From Opitutales bacterium (lineage in GTDB: Bacteria; Verrucomicrobiota; Verrucomicrobiia; Opitutales; PNEW01): a DNA stretch of 64,000 bases. Below are positions 59,792 through 64,000 of this stretch, piece by piece. Position 1 is the first letter of the stretch, and each line of letters begins with the position of its first letter. Location of the stretch: contig CBDANS010000006.1 in the NCBI GenBank assembly GCA_965197745.1, forward strand, positions 736,001-800,000. Reading direction: 5' to 3'. The notes beneath the pieces were generated by a model. It was not told where the DNA came from. It saw only the letters and a program-made list of their open reading frames with translations, and ran no database searches. Position numbers and translations under genes: made by a program.

Positions 59792-59930
59792 TCACGGCGT
59801 ATTTACTAATCTGCGTAGACAGACAGGAGTCAATGGCAAAGCATGGGATAGTTGAAAAACCTGCACCCGGGTCTAATACCCACTCGATATCCATGCAGAA
59901 ACGATAGATACCCGATTTACGACTTGATCA

Positions 59931-59945
59931 TGAGACTAAATCTCA
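59931..59945. promoter_or_regulatory. Palindromic operator TGAGACTAAATCTCA (Fur-like)
   Basis: 7-1-7 near-palindrome 13 bp before the PhnD-like ATG; related copies at 62546 and 62585. Confidence 0.65.
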
Positions 59946-59958
59946 TAGCAATGGGGTC

Positions 59959-60876
59959 ATGATAAGCGATAGACGTATCCACGCAGCTGTATTATTCATC
60001 AGCGCGATTATCATGGGAATAATCAAATGTCCTGAGACACATGCGAGCAGCACACTTTCATTACAAACCCTGGAAAAAGTGGTTGTCGCTTTAAAGCCGG
60101 ATAAAAATCCCGATCAAATGCTCGAAGAGAAAAGGAACTTGAGTGCATATCTGAGTAAAAAGCTGGCCCGGGATGTGGAGGTATTAATTCCACTCAGTTC
60201 CGCGGTTATCATAGAAGGCTTTGCCAATGGGACCATTGATATTGGCTACCTGAGTTCAACCGGCGCAGTTACAGCCATCGAGAAGAATGCTGCAGATGTC
60301 CTTTTAGCAAACGAAATTGAGGGTAAGCCTTATTATTTAAGTTATTGGATTGCGCTCAAAGACAAACCTTACGACAGCGTAGAAGACTTGCGAGGTCAGC
60401 CAATCGCCTTTTCGAGTCGCACCAGCACATCAGGTTTTATCATTCCCACCTGGGATTTATATAAAAAAGGACTCATCGCATCAACAGAACAACCGGAAGA
60501 TTTTTTTGGTAAAGGGAATGTCTATTATGGTGTCGGTTATGTTTCTGCGGCTGATCGTGTCCTTGAAGGTCAGGCCGAAGCTGCGGCCGTAAGCTATTAT
60601 GTGTTAGACAAAGATAAACATCTCTCAGCTGCCAAGCGCGCCCGACTGAAAATGGTGGCCAGTCAGGGTCCAGTCCCCACCCACGTCATTGTCATACGCC
60701 GATCAATCGATGCCAATGACCGCTCACTTCTTAAGGACGCGCTCTTAGCATTAAATGGCGAAGATCCCGATTTAAGAGATAAAGTTTTTACCACCCGCCT
60801 TATTGTTAGCGATGGAGACAAGCATCTAAAATCAATACGCGAGGCAATAAATTTTGTCTCAAGTATGCATTACTGA
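59959..60876 (+). CDS. phnD: PhnD-like phosphate/phosphonate ABC substrate-binding protein
   Basis: DLRGQPIAFSSRTSTSGFIIP, PVPTH. Confidence 0.8.
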   Translation: MISDRRIHAAVLFISAIIMGIIKCPETHASSTLSLQTLEKVVVALKPDKNPDQMLEEKRNLSAYLSKKLARDVEVLIPLSSAVIIEGFANGTIDIGYLSSTGAVTAIEKNAADVLLANEIEGKPYYLSYWIALKDKPYDSVEDLRGQPIAFSSRTSTSGFIIPTWDLYKKGLIASTEQPEDFFGKGNVYYGVGYVSAADRVLEGQAEAAAVSYYVLDKDKHLSAAKRARLKMVASQGPVPTHVIVIRRSIDANDRSLLKDALLALNGEDPDLRDKVFTTRLIVSDGDKHLKSIREAINFVSSMHY

Positions 60877-61635
60877 GTGGGAGATCCTGAGATGACGGCA
60901 ATGAATGCCGAATCAATATCAAACGGTAACGCACCGTCAGCGCCGACCCTGATTCTGAAAGATCTGGGACTGCTTCAAAATAACCGTTGGCTATTTCAAG
61001 GGATGAACCTGGAAATTCCACCAGGGAGTTTTGTCGCGGTATTGGGCGCCTCGGGTGCCGGAAAGACTAGTTTACTGACATCATTGTACGGGATGAGGGA
61101 ACCCTCAGTTGGTAATATCCGTTATCACGATAAAAATAACACCCCCTTCACTCCCGCGATGCTGCGGGGGCGGATAGGCATCATCCCTCAGGGTTTTCAT
61201 CTGACGGAAAATGCTACCGTCCTGAACAATGTCCTATGCGGGCGTTTAAATCGCTACACATTTGTTAAAACCTTATTCGGATTTCCCGCCTCATGTAAAA
61301 CAGATGCATATCGTATCATTCATGATCTGGGAATTGCTGAACATCTTTTCCGATGTGTAGCCGAGTTGTCCGGTGGCGAAAAACAACGCGTGGTGATTGC
61401 CCGAACGCTTTTTCAGAATCCTGATATTTACCTGGCTGACGAGCCGGTCTCTCAGCTCGATGTCACTCTCACCGGTTGTGTCCTTGACATTCTGAAATTA
61501 GAGACAAGAGAAAATGATAAAACCGTATTTTGTGTCCTGCACGATTCTGAGTTAGTCGAACGTTTTGCCGATTACGCACTGAGTCTTAACCGAGAAAATC
61601 CAGAAAAATGGCAGCTGAGAAAAATCAGGACTTAG
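60877..61635 (+). CDS. phnC: PhnC-like ABC ATPase
   Basis: GASGAGKT, NVLCGRL, LSGGEKQRV, LADEPVSQLD. Confidence 0.85.
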   Translation: MGDPEMTAMNAESISNGNAPSAPTLILKDLGLLQNNRWLFQGMNLEIPPGSFVAVLGASGAGKTSLLTSLYGMREPSVGNIRYHDKNNTPFTPAMLRGRIGIIPQGFHLTENATVLNNVLCGRLNRYTFVKTLFGFPASCKTDAYRIIHDLGIAEHLFRCVAELSGGEKQRVVIARTLFQNPDIYLADEPVSQLDVTLTGCVLDILKLETRENDKTVFCVLHDSELVERFADYALSLNRENPEKWQLRKIRT

Positions 61636-62453
61636 GAAAACAACCTCTTGCACTGCCTCAAGTGAAATGGTTTGAGCGGCTGAATGTCCTTAATGTAACT
61701 TTCATAATTTTTCTTCTCGCGGTCATTTTTTCCAGTACCACTTTGCGCGGATCGAGCCGCGATCTCGATTACCTCGGCAATCTTTTTCGATTTGCAGGAC
61801 AATTTGTTCCGCCCGATTTTTCTGTTCTCGGACAGACTCTATTATCACTCCTTGAGACCGTAGAAATTGCGGTGATGGCTACCTTCTTCGCGCTCATTCT
61901 CTCTTTCATATTTGCTCTTGGCGCGGCACAAAATATTGCTCCGCGGTGGCTGGTAGGAATTACACGTATGATCTTAAACGCAATCCGCACCATCCCCAGT
62001 TTAATCTGGGCATTAATCGCGGTTGCTATCGTTGGAGCCAATTCACTCGCCGGTGTAATCGCGCTGACTTTTTACAGTATAGGTTATCTCGGTAAATTTT
62101 TCAGTGAAGCTTTTGAATCCAGTGATGTTGAAACTGCCAGGACGCTGCGGTCTATCGGCGCCGATCCGATCCAGGCATTTCAGTTTGGACTCTGGCCCCA
62201 TGCCAAACCGCTTATCTGGAGTTACTCGATTTGGATGCTTGAATATAATATTCGTTCCGCTTCTATCATCGGTTATGTGGGCGCAGGTGGCATCGGCCTT
62301 CAACTTCACACCTACCAGGAATTCCACCAATGGGATAAATTCGCCACGGTGCTTCTATGCATCCTGATCGTCGTTTCATTGCTGGATCTGCTCGGGGAGG
62401 GGATTCGTCGCAAAATTTCCAAGAAAATCAGCCGACAGCCTCTTGCCGAGTGA
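61608..62453 (+). CDS. phnE: PhnE-like ABC permease
   Basis: RTIPSLIWAL, GKFFSEAFE, EYNIRSASIIGYVGAGGIG. Confidence 0.88.
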   Translation: MAAEKNQDLGKQPLALPQVKWFERLNVLNVTFIIFLLAVIFSSTTLRGSSRDLDYLGNLFRFAGQFVPPDFSVLGQTLLSLLETVEIAVMATFFALILSFIFALGAAQNIAPRWLVGITRMILNAIRTIPSLIWALIAVAIVGANSLAGVIALTFYSIGYLGKFFSEAFESSDVETARTLRSIGADPIQAFQFGLWPHAKPLIWSYSIWMLEYNIRSASIIGYVGAGGIGLQLHTYQEFHQWDKFATVLLCILIVVSLLDLLGEGIRRKISKKISRQPLAE

Positions 62454-62545
62454 TATTCAATATCGATGGCTGAACCCTCTTTATGTCAGATATTTATTCA
62501 ATTTATGAAGAAATATTGAAATAATTGCTTAAAATCCGCTTGACT

Positions 62546-62599
62546 TGAGACTGAATCCCATTTTTTCATGAAAATACAAGATACTGAGACTTAGTTTCA
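62546..62599. promoter_or_regulatory. Two Fur-like boxes at the TonB-receptor promoter
   Basis: TGAGACTGAATCCCA (62546-62560, next to -35-like TTGACT) and TGAGACTTAGTTTCA (62585-62599). Confidence 0.65.
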
Positions 62600-62644
62600 A
62601 AATATGCGTGACTCACACGAAAAGAGGCCCAAAGGGTAGCAGCG

Positions 62645-64000
62645 ATGCAAAGAAGTAGGGGAGTTACCATCAGTATAAAGTTAGCTTCACTTGTAGCATC
62701 AGCAACGACGCTGGTATTATCCATGGAAGGGGAGGAATCTCCACCTCAGCAGTTAAGTCTCCGGGAAATCATATCACTTCAAGAATTTGAAGTTATTGGG
62801 TCGAAAGAAAACGTTTTCACCCTCCCGGGTTCAGGGATGTACCTTAATGCCGAAGACATCATCCATTTACAGCACGATGACATTAATCGCATGCTGCGCC
62901 AAGTCCCGGGAGTATACATCCGTGAAGAAGAAGGTTATGGGCTATTCCCTAATATAAGTTTACGCGGTGTCGACACTACACGCAATGGCAAGTTAACCGT
63001 AATGGAAGACGGGGTCCTGACCGCGCCAGCCACCTACTCTGCTCCTTCCGCTTACTACACACCAACAGCGGGAAGGATGTCCGGCATAGAAGTATTAAAA
63101 GGATCCAGTCAGATTAATTATGGCCCCCATACTACGGGCGGGGTAATTAATTATCTTTCAACACCTATTCCCGAACAGAGGGAAAAAGGTAATCTGATAA
63201 AATTGGCAAATGGCAGTGATAATGAAATACGCGCTAACGGTCACATTGGGGATACGGTATCAACCGAGGCTGGAAACTTTGGCTATCTCTTTGAAATATT
63301 TCACCGACAAACGGATGGATTTAAGACAATAGACGGGGCCGGTAATTTTACCGGTAGTGACGACACGGGATTTAAACGATCTGACTATATGTTCAAGGGA
63401 AGCTGGGAACCTGAGACCGATATCTATAATTACTTTGAAATTAAAGTCGGTTACATGGACCTTGAAGCCAATGAAACATACCTGGGCCTCACCACTGAAG
63501 ATTTCAGGATTGATCCTTATCGTCGCTATGCGGCTACACGCAATGATGTTATAAATACAAATCACACACAACTCCATTTAAGACACATCATCGAATTAAG
63601 TCCTGAAGCTAAGGTGACAACCACCACTTATTATAATAAGTTTCACCGCAACTGGTTCAAACTCCATGATATTCGTGACATTGATACGGATGGCAACGGT
63701 ATAACGGAAGGTGACGAGGATAGCCTAGCGACAAGTGCGGTTTCGTCATCTCTTTCCAGTGCACTCGCCGGGAATCTCAACAGCCAGGCCCTGGAAGTAT
63801 TGAAAGGTGAACGAGCGGGGAAATTGCGTATTCGCAATAACAACCGTGATTATTACATGGCCGGCATCCAATCAAAACTGGACTATGAATTTAATACTGG
63901 TAAGGCGCGCCACAATCTAGAACTTGGTTTTCGCTTTCATCAGGATCGTATCCGACGATTCCAGTGGCATAATTTAATTCTACAGGACAGTGAAGGTAAC
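62645..64000 (+). CDS. FecA-like TonB-dependent receptor (runs off window end; absent from track)
   Basis: From ATG 62645: plug motifs LRQVPGVYIREEEGYGLFPNISLRG, MEDGVLTAP, IEVLKGSSQINYGPHTTGGVINY. Confidence 0.9.
   Translation, partial: MQRSRGVTISIKLASLVASATTLVLSMEGEESPPQQLSLREIISLQEFEVIGSKENVFTLPGSGMYLNAEDIIHLQHDDINRMLRQVPGVYIREEEGYGLFPNISLRGVDTTRNGKLTVMEDGVLTAPATYSAPSAYYTPTAGRMSGIEVLKGSSQINYGPHTTGGVINYLSTPIPEQREKGNLIKLANGSDNEIRANGHIGDTVSTEAGNFGYLFEIFHRQTDGFKTIDGAGNFTGSDDTGFKRSDYMFKGSWEPETDIYNYFEIKVGYMDLEANETYLGLTTEDFRIDPYRRYAATRNDVINTNHTQLHLRHIIELSPEAKVTTTTYYNKFHRNWFKLHDIRDIDTDGNGITEGDEDSLATSAVSSSLSSALAGNLNSQALEVLKGERAGKLRIRNNNRDYYMAGIQSKLDYEFNTGKARHNLELGFRFHQDRIRRFQWHNLILQDSEGN

Noticed and set aside
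63260..63843. Short track ORFs near the window end
   Set aside because: Shadows of the TonB-dependent receptor frame, which has no stop inside the window

Overview
Bacterial chromosome segment in two parts. The left ~30 kb is an accessory zone ending at an intact tRNA-Lys(CTT) (28045-28121). It holds two integrase-less integron cassette clusters (580-2418 and 17526-20283) and three large secreted-type proteins with different N-terminal passengers (LRR+RCC1; acidic/Ca-binding; FG-GAP+Ig) sharing an unannotated ~270-aa C-terminal domain, plus remnants of further copies. It also has a Sel1-repeat/membrane gene with an internal amber codon, three paralogous beta-propeller glycosidase-like genes (two with a captured Ig module), a 5'-half copy of tRNA-Lys and several duplicated junction sequences. 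The right part is mostly metabolic: PhyH-family dioxygenases, a 2-hydroxyacid dehydrogenase, FAH and amidohydrolase proteins and RpiR. A 2.9-kb IS1595-family element with cargo (24-bp IRs, 8-bp TSD) precedes fhs and a complete N-methylglutamate methylamine pathway (mgdABCD-like, gmaS, mgsABC). Then come GltS, a sugar ABC system, an MFS transporter, tRNA-Arg(CCG), and PhnDCE-like ABC genes and a FecA-like TonB receptor that share a Fur-like palindrome. From memory, not a search, the shared C-terminal domain resembles Opitutae (Verrucomicrobiota) proteins, so that taxonomy is tentative. All calls are by eye; no database searches were run.
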